A stretch of 62,882 nucleotides of DNA, filler included, from Guillardia theta CCMP2712 (Eukaryota > Protista > Cryptophyta), in the NCBI RefSeq assembly GCF_000315625.1. It is 5 parts of 5 records of this genome, joined end to end, with 100 filler letters (N's around TTAATTAATTAA, not from the genome) between each part and the next. Parts side by side here need not be neighbours in the genome. Positions count along the whole stretch, not along the records: positions 1 to 20,468 come from NW_005434592.1; positions 20,569 to 45,229 come from NW_005434633.1; 3 more parts are not named here. One strand, given 5' to 3'. Shown piece after piece: positions 13,662 to 25,285 of this stretch. Each line of letters starts with the position of its first letter. Positions within the stretch are counted from its first letter, which is position 1. The notes beneath the pieces were generated by a model, which saw only the letters and a program-made list of their open reading frames with translations, did no database searches and was not told the origin of the DNA. Both the position numbers and the translations under genes were made by a program.

Positions 13662-15126
13662 GTGATCTGCCATGGGCATGCTCTCGATGCAGCAGCATCT
13701 TCATCACCCATGGCTCCTTCGCCGTCGACCACTCCCAGCTATCCTCCAGCTGCAGGGGGACTGCTCTTGTCCAGCAGTGGGTTTGGAAGGAGTTCTTTTG
13801 CTTCTTCTGCTCGAGAGCAGCTGGGAAGGAGCTGCTGCTGCTGCTGGTACCCCAAGAGAGGTGTCATCGCTGCCCCCAGTTTGCCGTCTTCGGTGAGAGG
13901 CGGTTCAGCACGCTGGGCAAGGAAGGAGGAGACGGAGGGGAGCGAGACGGGGAGGGGGGGAGAGACGTGGAGGAGGAGGAGGAAGGAGGAGCCGCACAGG
14001 CCTCGGTGCCCTTCGGCTTTCATGCTGCCCGGCATTGCCCGGCGCACAAGCTCGCCAGTGAGGTGGCAGTGAAGACAGTCAAGAAGGAGTGGAGGGCGAC
14101 GCGGGTGGCAGGGAGCATGCTCTGCAGCCACCCAGAGGGCTGCAGCAAGGAAGGGTTCTATGGCTCGTCCTCCTCCAGATTCTGCCAGCTGCACAAGCTG
14201 GATGACCACGAGGACTTGAGGAGGAGACCCTTATGTGATATTCCGTAAGTAGCACTTCGCCTCCACCACCACCACCACCACCTCCTCCTCCTCCTCCTCC
14301 TCCTCCTCCTCCTCATCATCATCATCATCATCATCATCATCTTTTCCCCCTTGTTACTTGTCTGCGCGTGTTCAGTGCTTCTCTCGTTCACTGCAGGCCC
14401 CTTGTCACTGCCACCAACGTCACCATCACTCCCCACCATCTCCTCCTTCTCCGCCTCCCTTCCCTTCCCTTCCCTTCCCTTCCCTTCCCTTCCCTTCCCT
14501 TCCCTTCCCTTCCCTTCCCTTCCCTTCCCTTCCCTTCCCTTCCTCTCCTCTCCCCTCTCCTCCCCTTCTTTCCCCTCCCCTCTCCTCCTCTGTCTTCTAT
14601 CGCCGCTGAATTTCTCTGCCAGCACCTGCGCTCGGCAAGCAAGCATGTGCCCTTTTAACGCCTCCGCAAGTGCCACGGAAGCGAAGCCGCTATGGTGCAG
14701 CAAAGGGCATGCGAGGTACCAGCCAGCGATCCTCTGCTCTAAGACGAGGAGGTGAAAAACTGATTATCATTTCCTCTCCTTCCTTCCCCTCTATTTTATC
14801 CCCCATCCCTTCCCTGCCTCCCTTTTCTCGTCCCCAACTCTCTACCCCTCTATGGCCCCCAATTCTCTTCCCCGACCCTTCCCTCCTGTCCTCTCGCGCT
14901 CCTGTCCTCTCCTCCTCTCCCTCAGCTGCTTCCCAGGTGCCGTCAGCAGGGCTGCAACATCATTTCCTGCTTCGGCTTCTATCACGACGGGATCGTCAGG
15001 TGGTGCGGCCGCCACAAGGACGCGAATGCCGTCTACCTTCGAATTCCCCGCAAGGCCCCGCAAGTCAGTCAGGAGGAGGAGGAGGAGGAGGAGGAGGAGG
15101 AACAAGTCCCGGCGAGCCGCTATTGA
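13662..15126 (+). CDS. EsV-1-7-like cysteine-rich repeat protein; 5' part in or before the gap
   Basis: Repeats CHRCPQFAVFG..HCPAHK, CSHPEGCSKEGFYG..FCQLHK and CRQQGCNIISCFGFYHDGIVRWCGRHK. Stop TGA at 15124-15126. Confidence 0.65.
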
Positions 15127-15224
15127 TGTCACTAAAGAGAAGACTGAGCCTCGGACTCTCAGAGGTCGGCGATGACCCGCGAGCCAGAGTCGGCCGGGCC
15201 GACTGACTCAGGAGCCTACATGCC

Positions 15225-15294
15225 ATGATCCTCCTACATGATCCTCCTACATGATCCTCCTACATGATCCTCCTACATGATCCTCCTACATGAT
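15225..15294. repeat. 13-bp tandem repeat (ATGATCCTCCTAC) x5.4
   Basis: Perfect copies read directly from the sequence. Confidence 0.95.
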
Positions 15295-15969
15295 ATGGTA
15301 TTGATGCCCTGGCCGCTCACCGTGACTGAGTGGCTGGCCCAAGTTTGTCGATCATCTCGGAGAGGGCCCGGCCCCCGGCCCGTAAGGTGCGGTCCGAACT
15401 TGAAGTCGCGGACTCGGCTGGCTCAGTCACTCAGCCGAGGAGTCATCATGGCATGGTGGTCCCGGACTCAGTCACGACGCCGCTGCCACCGGCGTTAACG
15501 GTCGCGGTCGGTCACCGAGTCCCGAGTCCGGAGTCCGACTCAGACCGTAGTCAACTTGAACTTTGACTCGAAGGCGGCGGCCGCGCGGCGGCCGCACTGC
15601 CCGGTCCGCCGGGCGCACTGGCAGCCGGCGCGTGACGGTGCGGCCCCACCCCCCGCCGCGCAATGGCATGCGGCACTGCCGTGGAGTGGCCGCGTCCGGC
15701 CTGTCGCCGCCGCCCCGGGCCCGGCCGCAGGCCCGCCGCCGGGCCCGGGGCCGCGGCCCGGCGGCCGGCCGCTCCGGGCGGATTGCCGGACCGATCTGTA
15801 CCAATCCAGACAAGTTCGCCTCATGGTTAAATGTTCGGCAGCAATAGTCATAGACCATAAAGTCTCTAAAATTTACAGTGTCTTCTACAATTGTGTATTT
15901 AAATGTTCTGAGGCAGACCCACCAAGTTGCCTCTTTTCCAATCCAACACAGCGATTCCATTTCGGGAGG

Positions 15970-17224
15970 ATGGCAGAAAAGGCTTCAGAGGAGGAGGGGA
16001 GGGGCAGGTAGAGGAGGAGGAGGAGGAGGGCGAGGAACAGGACAAACAAGACTGAAGGCACGCAGAAGGAGAAGAGGAGGAGGGAGGGCAGGAGCCAAGG
16101 GCGAGAAGGCGAAAGGATGGGACCTGAAGGTTCTGTACACAAAGTGGCTCGAAAGAAGCTGGCGTGACACCTTGGACAAGAGCAAGCTAGAGGAGGAGGA
16201 GGAGGAATGCCGTGAGCAGATCGGAGAAGACGGCAGGAGAAGGCTGAGAGAGGATCGCAACATGCTCGTCTACATCAAGTGGCGGGAGAACCTGGAGCCG
16301 CTTTACTGCCATGAAACGGACGACGTGAAGGACGTTAGGAGGAGGGTCATGACGATGTCCAACGTGCCGGTAGAGCACAAGCTACTGGTCCACCATGGCC
16401 TCCTCCTCAGAGACGGGATGACACTGAGCCAAGTGAGTTGGAGAGGAGGGCAGGAGGAGGTGGCGGCGGGTTCCTGACGATGGTATGCGCAGTGTGGGGT
16501 AATGGAGGACAGCACGCTGTTCCTGGTTCTCAACGAGAACCCGTTCAAGGGGAGGGAGCTCTTCGTGAAGACAACCATGGGGGTGAAGCACACGCTCTTT
16601 GTGCGCGACGACTTCAAGATCGAGGACCTCAAGGACGATGTCTTCGCTTTCCCCGATGAGCCTCCCCCGGAGAATCAGGTCGAGCTGGAACAACTGACCG
16701 CCTCCTCGACCTCCCCCTCCAGCACTTCCTTCTGCTTTTGCTGCTGCTGCTGCTGCTGCTCCTTGCCATCCTCTTCCTCCTCCCGCTCCTCCTTCTCCTC
16801 TTCCTCCTGCATAACTTGCTCCTACTGCCTCTCCTTCTCCTGCTACCTCCCATGCTTCTCCTCCTCCTCCTCCTCCTCCCCCTCACGCTCCAGCTCCTCC
16901 TCCTTCTCCCGCTCACTTCTGTCGCAGGTCCTTCTTTTCGTTGGAAAGCAGCTCGAGAACGATCGCACGCTCAGGGAGTACAACATTCAGAAGGTAGAAT
17001 GCTGCTCTCGACGAAATGCCATGCTTTGCTCGCCTCCTCCTCCTCCTCCTCCTTATCTCCATCCTTGTCCTCCTCCTCCTTATCTCCATCCTTGTCCTCC
17101 TCCTTATCTCCATCCTTGTCCTCCTCCTTGCTTTCCCAATTGCCTTCCTCCTCCTTCTCTCTGTCTTAGTCGTTTCTTCCTATCGTCTGATACCTCCTCC
17201 TGTTCTTCCTCCTGCTCTTCTTCT

Positions 17225-17279
<55 letters not shown>

Positions 17280-18046
17280 TCACCTCATGACTTCCTCTTT
17301 TCGCAGGAGTCCTGCCTGAGGGTGATCAACTCAGCGTTTGCCCGCAACGACATCCGCACTTTCATCCGCTTCACCTCCCCGAGCAGCAACGCCATCAACG
17401 TCTCCACGGACTCCATCATCATCATTCAGATGACGAGCATAGACGAGGACGAGACTCACTACTGGGGGCAGCTGCTCGGCAGCCCTGACCTCTCCTCCCT
17501 CCTCCCCCAGCAGGTGCAGCTGCGCGAGAAGAACAGCTTTGCGCTCGTTCCCTGCTCGCTCAAGGTGGACTCCTGGACCAGGACGGTGCAGCTGGAGCCG
17601 AAAAGGGCTCTTGCCTCCTGCTCGCACTACCAGGTGGTGTTCAACCGAAGGATGGCAGAGGGGGTGGAAGGGATGCGGCACCTCAAGTGCGACAAGGAGG
17701 TGGAGGGGGTAGCTCGCTGGAGCTTCTTCACGGAGGGGTACCAGCCCCTGCGCGTGCTCAGTCTGTACCCTCCTCCCTTCTCCACCGTCACGTCGGACGG
17801 CTGCAGGATTGCCATCACCTTCAGCGACAAGCTGCACCCTGAGTGTGTAGAGCGAGGGGCAAGGGACTGGGTCCGGGTGAGGACGAGGGAGGGGATATCC
17901 CTCCTCGACCCCTTCTACGACGACGCGACCAACACGCTGGTATACGACATCGGCAAGGGGATCGGGGAGGAGGAAGTCGTGCGGGTGAAGCTTCTGGGGA
18001 GTTTGATCCTTGGCGCTGCTGGCCAGAGCATGCTTCCTATGAAGGT

Positions 18047-18090
<44 letters not shown>

Positions 18091-18228
18091 AGGTGTACGG
18101 GGGGGATGTAGGAGGGGAGTGACGGGGAGGAGGGTGTGAAGGACCTAACAAGAGGGCAGAACGACGGGATCACCAAGACAAGCCCCTTCACTTGGCAGTT
18201 CTACGTCTCCAAGGTGACGAGAGACTAA
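15970..18228 (+). CDS. Protein with two ubiquitin-like domains followed by two bacterial Ig-like (Big_5-type) domains
   Basis: UBL1 ..KLLVHHGLLLRDGMTLSQ..MEDSTLFLVL. UBL2 [43 protein letters not shown]. Ig-like pieces TSPSSNAINVSTDSIII..LEPKRAL..WSFFT and LYPPPFSTV..IAITFSDKL..FTWQF. Probable stop at 18226-18228; start approximate. Confidence 0.7.
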
Positions 18229-18569
18229 ACAAAGGATCTTGGAATCGCTCCCTCCTCCTCCGTCCTTTTTCCCTTCCCCTCCTGCCTCTCTGAGTTTATC
18301 TACAATTTTCTCATGATTCACGCTGTCTTGAAGTGTTTGCATTTCCTCCCCTNNNNNNNNNNNNNNNNNNNNNNNNNNNNNNNNNNNNNNNNNNNNNNNN
18401 NNNNNNNNNNNNNNNNNNNNNNNNNNNNNNNNNNNNNNNNNNNNNNNNNNNNGATGATGGAGATGATGATGGAGATGATGATCGTATTAATGATGGAGAT
18501 GATGATGATGATGATGATGGAGATGATGATGATGATGATGATGATGGAGATGATGATCGTATTCTTTGC

Positions 18570-18755
18570 AGTACTTTCACTTCACAAATCTTGGAAGGAG
18601 AAGAGGTACTCGTCAATCTGCACATGCATGGCTTCTTGCTATGCTCTTCTCCCCGCTCTTCACAACTGTCATCGCAGACTTTTCGCCTTCCAACCTTGTA
18701 CAACATCTTCATCCGCAAGAATTTTCGAGGAATGGGATGTGCAAAGCAGGTCTAC

Positions 18756-18838
<83 letters not shown>

Positions 18839-20368
18839 ACTTCCATCTCCCTTTCTACCTCGGATCCAGCTGCAGCTCTTGTTGTTCCTGCTCTGTTCTT
18901 CTCCTCCTCCTGCTTCCCTGCCCTCACACCTTGTTCCTCCTCCTCTACTCTCTCCTCCCCTCCTTTTCCTCTCTGTTTCCTCTCCTCACCTCTCTCGTCC
19001 TCCAGCTCTTGGAGGCGTTCTTTCGTCCTCATACCATCGGAAAGTCTCGAACGAGGAGGGTCGTCAAACAGGCAGACGGCAAATTCTCTTTCTCCTCGTC
19101 CCCCATCCCTCAGCCATCACTCGATCAGCCCTCCCTTGATATCATCGATATGCTCCAGGTGCTTCGTCCCTCCCTGCTCCCTCCCTGCTCCCTCCCTGCC
19201 TCACTCCCTCCCCTCCTACCTCACCCTCCTCTCCTACCTCACCCTCCCTCCCCTCCCACCTCTCCCACTCTCCCTCCTCTCCTACCTCTCCCCCCCTCCC
19301 TCCCTCCCTCCCCTCCTACCTCTCCCACTCTCCCTCCTCTCCCTCGCTCGCTGATATCATTTAGATCGATCCTCCTGTGTCAAACGCCCTCTGTGCTTGC
19401 ATCGAGAAAGTTTTCACGTAAGTTCCCCTCACGTTTCTCCTGCTCCCGGCCCGCTCCTCTCCTCTCCTCTCCTCTCCTGTCCTCTCCTCTCCTCTCTCCT
19501 CTCCTCTCCTCTCTACTCCTCTCCTCTCCTCTCCTCTCCTCTCCTCTCCTCTCCTCTCCTCTCCTCTCCTCTCATCTGCTTCCCCTTTCCTCCCTCCTCC
19601 CTCCTCCCTCCTCCCTCATCCCTCCTCCCTCCTTCCTCTACCGCTGAAATCTCCCCCTGCTTGACTCTCGTGGACATCAAGGATGAGGCAAGATTGATCG
19701 CTGCTGCTCCTATGCGTACGAGGATGGAGAGGGAGGTCAGAGGCAGCGCGCAGAAGCGGTTCCTTGCTCCCTGAGCATGACGATGAGGAACTGACGTCAG
19801 TCTGAGCAGGATGAGCCAACGAGGCACCAGCGCGTTTTCCTCCTCCTCCTCATGCAACGGGGAAGTCATCTTCAAGTACAGCTCGCTTGACAGCGCGAGG
19901 AACGAACGATTCAGCGACCTCCTAGGGGACAAGCAGAAGGCCAAGACTCTGGTCCAGGTCCTTGAACCCCCAGCGCCTCCTTCCCCCTCACATTTCCCTC
20001 TGCTCTCTCCTCCTCCTGCCTTGTTCTCCGCTCCCTCCTGCTTCTCCTACTCCCACCACCTCCCTTCCCCATCTTCTCTCACGTCTCGTCTATCCATCCC
20101 TCTCCCTCCCTCCCTCCCTCCCTCTCCTCCTACGTTGACGTCCAATCAGGATGCCCGTCAGCTAGTGCAGGACTCCAATGACCTGCAGGACGGAGGGGCA
20201 GCCGTACAGAATGAGGTCGGTGAAAGGAGAAAGGAGGAGGGAAGGGGCCAAACGAGGGAGGACGAAGGCAAAGTTCCGTCGAACAGGTGGGACGGCGATT
20301 CTTCCCGGCTGAATGTCCTACCTTTAATGCCCCAGCTGGACTACTTCAACCCAGGCCGGAAAAGCTGA
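18570..20368 (+). CDS. Partial gene with a GNAT acetyl-CoA-binding motif (FAM169-like); 5' end lost in the gap
   Basis: Spliced FRLPTLYNIFIRKNFRGMGCAKQ|LLEAF carries the R-x-x-G-x-A motif A. The last exon ends LDYFNPGRKS*. Confidence 0.5.
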
Positions 20369-20468
20369 ACCTGTCGTCATATCCTTCTCTACTTCTCGAA
20401 TGGGACTTTTTTTGGGGAGGAGGACACCCGGGCCTGTTCAAATTCTTTTTTTGTTTATTTTTTGGCCT

Positions 20469-20568
20469 NNNNNNNNNNNNNNNNNNNNNNNNNNNNNNNN
20501 NNNNNNNNNNNNTTAATTAATTAANNNNNNNNNNNNNNNNNNNNNNNNNNNNNNNNNNNNNNNNNNNN
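20469..20568. other. Assembly gap containing an artificial TTAATTAATTAA linker (also at about 45274, 50873 and 60455)
   Basis: The same 12-mer sits in the middle of four N runs and places stop codons in all six frames. Confidence 0.95.
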
Positions 20569-20946
20569 CTTCTTGTTCTTCTTTCTTCTTTGTTCTTCTG
20601 GGTTTTTCTTTCCCTTAGGAATTCCAGCTTGAAGTTTTTTTCCGCATCATCCTGTCATCCGGGGGTGATCGCGAACCCCGACCCTCCCTCCCACTAGCGC
20701 GCGAGAGGAGAAGAAGGCAGGCGGCAAGTTCAGCCGATAGAGAAAGTGATCGCAGGAGGAGCAGGAGCAGGAGCAGGAGCAGGAGCGGGAGAGTGAAGGG
20801 ATAGCAAACTAATCCCTAAGTTAAAGATGTGAATGGAAGGACTCTTGGCTTTCAGGAAGACGTGCTAGTTGTTCCATTTAAACTTTGATCGATGATGCAG
20901 ACACGTATCGATGAGAGAGCAGCTACAGAAGAAGAGGACGAGGACT

Positions 20947-21005
<59 letters not shown>

Positions 21006-21142
21006 AAGGACGAGGACGAGGACAAGGACAAGGACAAGGACAAGGACAAGGACAAGGACAAGGACAAGGACAAGGACGAGGACTAGGGGAATCAGCAGGA
21101 GAGGTGTGAGGAGAGGAAGGAACCAAAGGAACGACAACTAGG

Positions 21143-22095
21143 CTACTGCCATCTCGCAGGAATCATCTTGTAGTTGCTGGGGTCCTGCTGGACGAGGCCC
21201 AGGAGGGCCAACGGATCATGCACATACATCCAGGCAAACTTCTCCTCCTCCTCCTCCTCCTCCTTCCTCTTCGCCACCCTCACCCTCTGCCGTTTCATTC
21301 CCCACCTCGCGTAGATTTCGTCGACGAACCCCAGCCCCTGGGGAGGCATCACCATTACTTGACCCTCCACCGGCTCCCCGGCTCCCCCCTGCTGGGGAGC
21401 AGGAGCCGCCAGCAGGTGCCCACCAGGACCGGAGACGAGGAGGAAGTTCGCGTCGGTAGTCGCTGGCCCGCACATGCTGCATGCTCCGAGCCCCGTAGCG
21501 GGGTTGGCGTACATGAAGACACGATGCCTTCCAAGCATCTCCCGAAGGTTCCACACCCCTTCCTCCTTCAAGGTGCGCAGCAGGTCAGCCCTGGCGTCGA
21601 CGGCAAGAGCGTCGTGGAGATCGGCAGTGGAGGAGACGCAGGAGTCTTGAGCAAGAGCTTCCTCGAGGACTCGGATGGACCTCGGCATGACGAGAGGCTC
21701 GGGGAGGCGGGTGTTGAGCTCGATGAAGAGGGAAGGGAGCTGCAGCTTGTCGATACCCGGGTGGGTCCAGTCGGAGACGTTCTGAACCCGTCCTGCCTCC
21801 TCCTCCCACCTGTTGATGGGGATGTGAAGGCCCGGGGCCCTCCAGTGCTCCCGGAGGTGGCGGTAGATAGCAACGAGGTACTGCTCGCTAGGGGGGCCCT
21901 TCCAGGAAGGCTTGTCGGCCACGTACGCGAAGACGTCAAGCTCGTGCTCGGGGATGCCGTCTGCTGGGAAGAGTGAGGAGTGTCGAGAGAAGGGGGAGAG
22001 CGAGATGGCCTTAGCAATCGACAGGCAGGCAGGCAGACAGGCAGGCAGGCAACGGTGGGGACGAGGAGCAGGAGCAGGAGCAGGACGAGCAGGAC

Positions 22096-22129
<34 letters not shown>

Positions 22130-22800
22130 GAGGACGAGGAGGAGGAGGAGGAGGGCAGATTGTGTGTGGAGCATATCGATTTGAGTTACAGGTGACGAAG
22201 AGGGGAATGTTGTTGTCAAAGAGACTTGTACACAAGACGAGGAGACTCGATAATTCACCTGGCGAGTAGACCATCGCTCTCATTGACTCTTTGTGATAAG
22301 AAACCTCAAACTTGTCGAGAAGGGAAACTTGTTCGTCGCTCAGCTCCACTACCTGCGAGTACACTTCACCCCGACATCGCTATGAGACTGAGTATGGGCT
22401 CGCTGGAAGAAGGAAGAGAAAGGAGCGGCAGGAGGCAGGAGGCAGGAGACAGGAGGCAGGAGGCAGGAGGCAGGAGGCAGGAGGCAGGAGGCAGGAGGCA
22501 GGAAGGATTGGGTAGAAGGGAGCGAGGAGGAGGTTGGAAGGAGGGTCTATGACACCCACCGAGCCTATGGTAACGTCTCCTTCATTCTTCACCAGCGATG
22601 CTACTGCCCCTCTCCAGTTCCCCGAGTGTAGGCAGAAGATCCTTGTCCAGTTCGAGACGCTGTGGAAGAGGTCACCACGAGCAGGAAGTGATATCTGGAC
22701 CCGTGCCTGGCAGGACGCGAAACTAGATCGCTGGACTTCACCCTTGCCCGGAGCTGAGCTATACCGTTGCTGCCATACGAGAAGATCTGAGTGGGGAAGG
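21143..22800 (-). CDS. Gamma-glutamylcyclotransferase-fold protein, probably with two GGCT/AIG2-like domains
   Basis: N-domain IFSYGSNGIAQLRARV..SLLDKFE..FAYVA..PPSEQYLVAI. Second degenerate domain RVFMYA..VEGQV..VDEIY..RQRVRV..AWMYV. Start not resolved. Confidence 0.7.
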
Positions 22801-23137
22801 TCAGGTTTCTCCTGCTTGTCCCCTGTCGTTTCCTTTCCTCTAGCTTCTCATGTCCTCTCCCTTCTCACTCCTCCCTCTGTCCTAATTTCAGATCCCATCC
22901 ATCATCCGTCCATCTATATCCCTCCCTCCCTCCCTCCCTCTCTCCCCTCTCCCTCATCATTGTAACCTTCATTGCAGTCGGTTCAAGTTTCCAGCTCGAC
23001 CTGACCCGGTGAGACTCCCGGGCCGGCCGGGCCGGGCCCGGGGCCTTCGTCGCCGGGGCCGCCGCGAGTTACTAGCAAAGGGGTTTTCGGAAAAAAGCGT
23101 TCAGTAAGCATCATAGAGTCGGTAAATTCGACTCTTT

Positions 23138-23186
23138 TACTCAAAGTTAAGTTAAAAATCAGTACGAGGACAATCAGGAGAGTCGA
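23138..23186 (+). repeat. Dispersed conserved motif, copy 1 (TACTCAAAGTTAAGTTAAAAATCAGTACGAG plus extension)
   Basis: 23138-23168 is identical over 31 bp to 41007-41037. The extension TCAGGAGAGTCGA is shared with the 36.2 kb copy. Confidence 0.9.
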
Positions 23187-23472
23187 CTCAGGCTCAGCCG
23201 CCCGGCGCTCGGAGTGACCCGGTCACGGCCGAGCGCACCGTATACCAGGCTACCGCCGCTGGGCGGGGCGGTCTGGGCCGGGCGGCCGCGCCGCCCCGGG
23301 TGACTGAGAGTCGGCTCTTGAACTGAGCTAGTGATCCCAGGCCTGGACGGGGTGGTACCAAAACGCGGTCATTACCAGGGGTCAGTGAAGGAGATGCACT
23401 AACTTTGGAAGAAGGGTAGTTTGGAAGGTCAGGAATGGGGGTAGGGTGGACTCAGTTCGCTACCTTATCGCA

Positions 23473-25037
23473 ATGGGGTGTGCAGCCTCAGCAGTGGTTG
23501 TGACCAGCATGGCGGTCGGGACGACGCTCATGGTGGAGAAGGAGAAGAAGAAGGAAGCGAACCCTGATGAAGTCTTCGAGGACCACAACAAGACAGGACA
23601 ACATGAGCTCAAGTCGAGGAGAAAGTCGTCCTTCACTCTCAAAATGGTCTAAAGCTATTGATAACTTGTTGTGACCACTGATCTTCGATACTTCTGTGCG
23701 TCGCAGGCGCGGCTGAGGAAAATGAAAGACGCTCCAAAAGCATGGCGAAGATCTATCTCTCGACTGAGCGTTGAGAACGGAACATACTGGGACGAAGGAG
23801 CCCACCAGGACACAACAGTGGAAGATGTGGACGAGAAGGAGGTGGAGAAGCAGATCAGACGCAAGAAACGAGAGGAAGAAAAGGAGGCGAAGAAACGCAG
23901 GAAAGCGAGAAGAAGAACAAAGAGCATCACTCCCCAGCCGAGATTCCAGAAAGGAGACGATGCAAGAAAACAAATGTGAATGGCACAAACTCGATTTGAC
24001 AACCCTTTAGGTCGTAGTGAACATCAACAGCGAGGATCCGTCGCAAGCGATGTACGGAAGGTGAGAAATCTGTGCGTTGTCATGATGAGAAGCAGCTGAG
24101 GAGAAACTCAGAGTCGAAAGTCATGAACTCGTGCTGGGCGCTGTCGGGAAGGAGATTCAGTATCAAGTTACTCTAGAAAGTGGGGCGAGGTAGCGATCGA
24201 AGCATTGAGGCTTGTTAAGGAGCTGAGAGATGGTGTGTGAAGGCTGGTGTTCCCCGAGAAGATCTTGAGAAGAAGACAGTCGGAAGTGAGCTTGCCGACC
24301 GAGCAGGAGCAGGAGCAGTCCCAGCCCCCGACTCCATCGGCGGCTAAGAAAAGATGGTTGAACGTGAGGCTTGTTGCAGTGCAAGGATGCTTCCTGTGAT
24401 GACTGAGAAAACTTGCGCAGAGGGCAAGATCGAGTTTAGGAAACGTCTTGGCGGATCTCTCCTCGGAGATCACAAACTTGGCGAGCAGGCTGACTTCGGC
24501 AGGTTCAGTTTCGATTCCACGTGGCCGGATGTCGTTTGATCCGATGTGAACAGGGAGCAAGGCTGCAGAATCAAAGCCAGAGGAAGTAAAGAAAGACGAC
24601 AGCATGAAGAAAGAGGAGGAGGAGGAGGAGGAGGAGGAGGAGGAGGAGGAGGAGGAGGAGGAGATCGCAAAGGCAAAACCAGCGACTGTCGAAAAGAAGA
24701 TTCCTTCACAGAGTGCTAGACACGAGCGGACGATAACGTCAGACGACCTAAACGTCTCCCCTGAGAACAGCGAGGATGAAGTGAGTCGTGTTGCTTGCCA
24801 TCTGCTGCTCAGCTGACACCTGCAGGAGATCGAGCTAGTCTACCATCACATCCAACCTACCGAGCAGAAGATCACCATCGACTACAAGACGGCGAGCGGC
24901 GCTTTGAGGAACAACAAGGTTGACTTCACTGCGTTCGAGAGGTGAGGAGGGGGAATGGGGGAGGAAGCGAAGGCTGTGATACACGACAGCAGGGCTGGTT
25001 CCAAGTAGCCGGGGCAGGATCCGAGTTGGTTTCATAG
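23473..25037 (+). CDS. Hypothetical multi-exon protein with an N-terminal MGCxxS lipidation-type motif
   Basis: ATG GGG TGT GCA GCC TCA gives MGCAAS. Charged exons are separated by short GT-AG introns. No domain recognised. Confidence 0.55.
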
Positions 25038-25240
25038 GGCTGTATTGATTGCTGTAAATGTAGAGGTCGCTGAGCTGGGAAAAACTTGAAGCTCTTGAGG
25101 TTGTAAAGGTCGCATGTCAAAGACGAAGTCCTCCTGCTGGTCTCCTCTCCATCCCTGTCCTTGTCTTCACCACCGCTCCGCCCTCTCCTCCTGCCCCTTG
25201 CCTTCACTTTTTCTCACCTCACCCCTCCTCTCCTCTCGTC

Positions 25241-25284
<44 letters not shown>

Positions 25285-25285
<1 letters not shown>

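Noticed and set aside
15545-15570. GTCAACTTGAACTTTGACTC as a fifth copy of the 31-bp motif
   Set aside because: Only partial, gapped similarity; too weak to count.
20513-20524. TTAATTAATTAA palindrome recurring four times
   Set aside because: Always embedded in N runs; it is an artificial scaffold linker.
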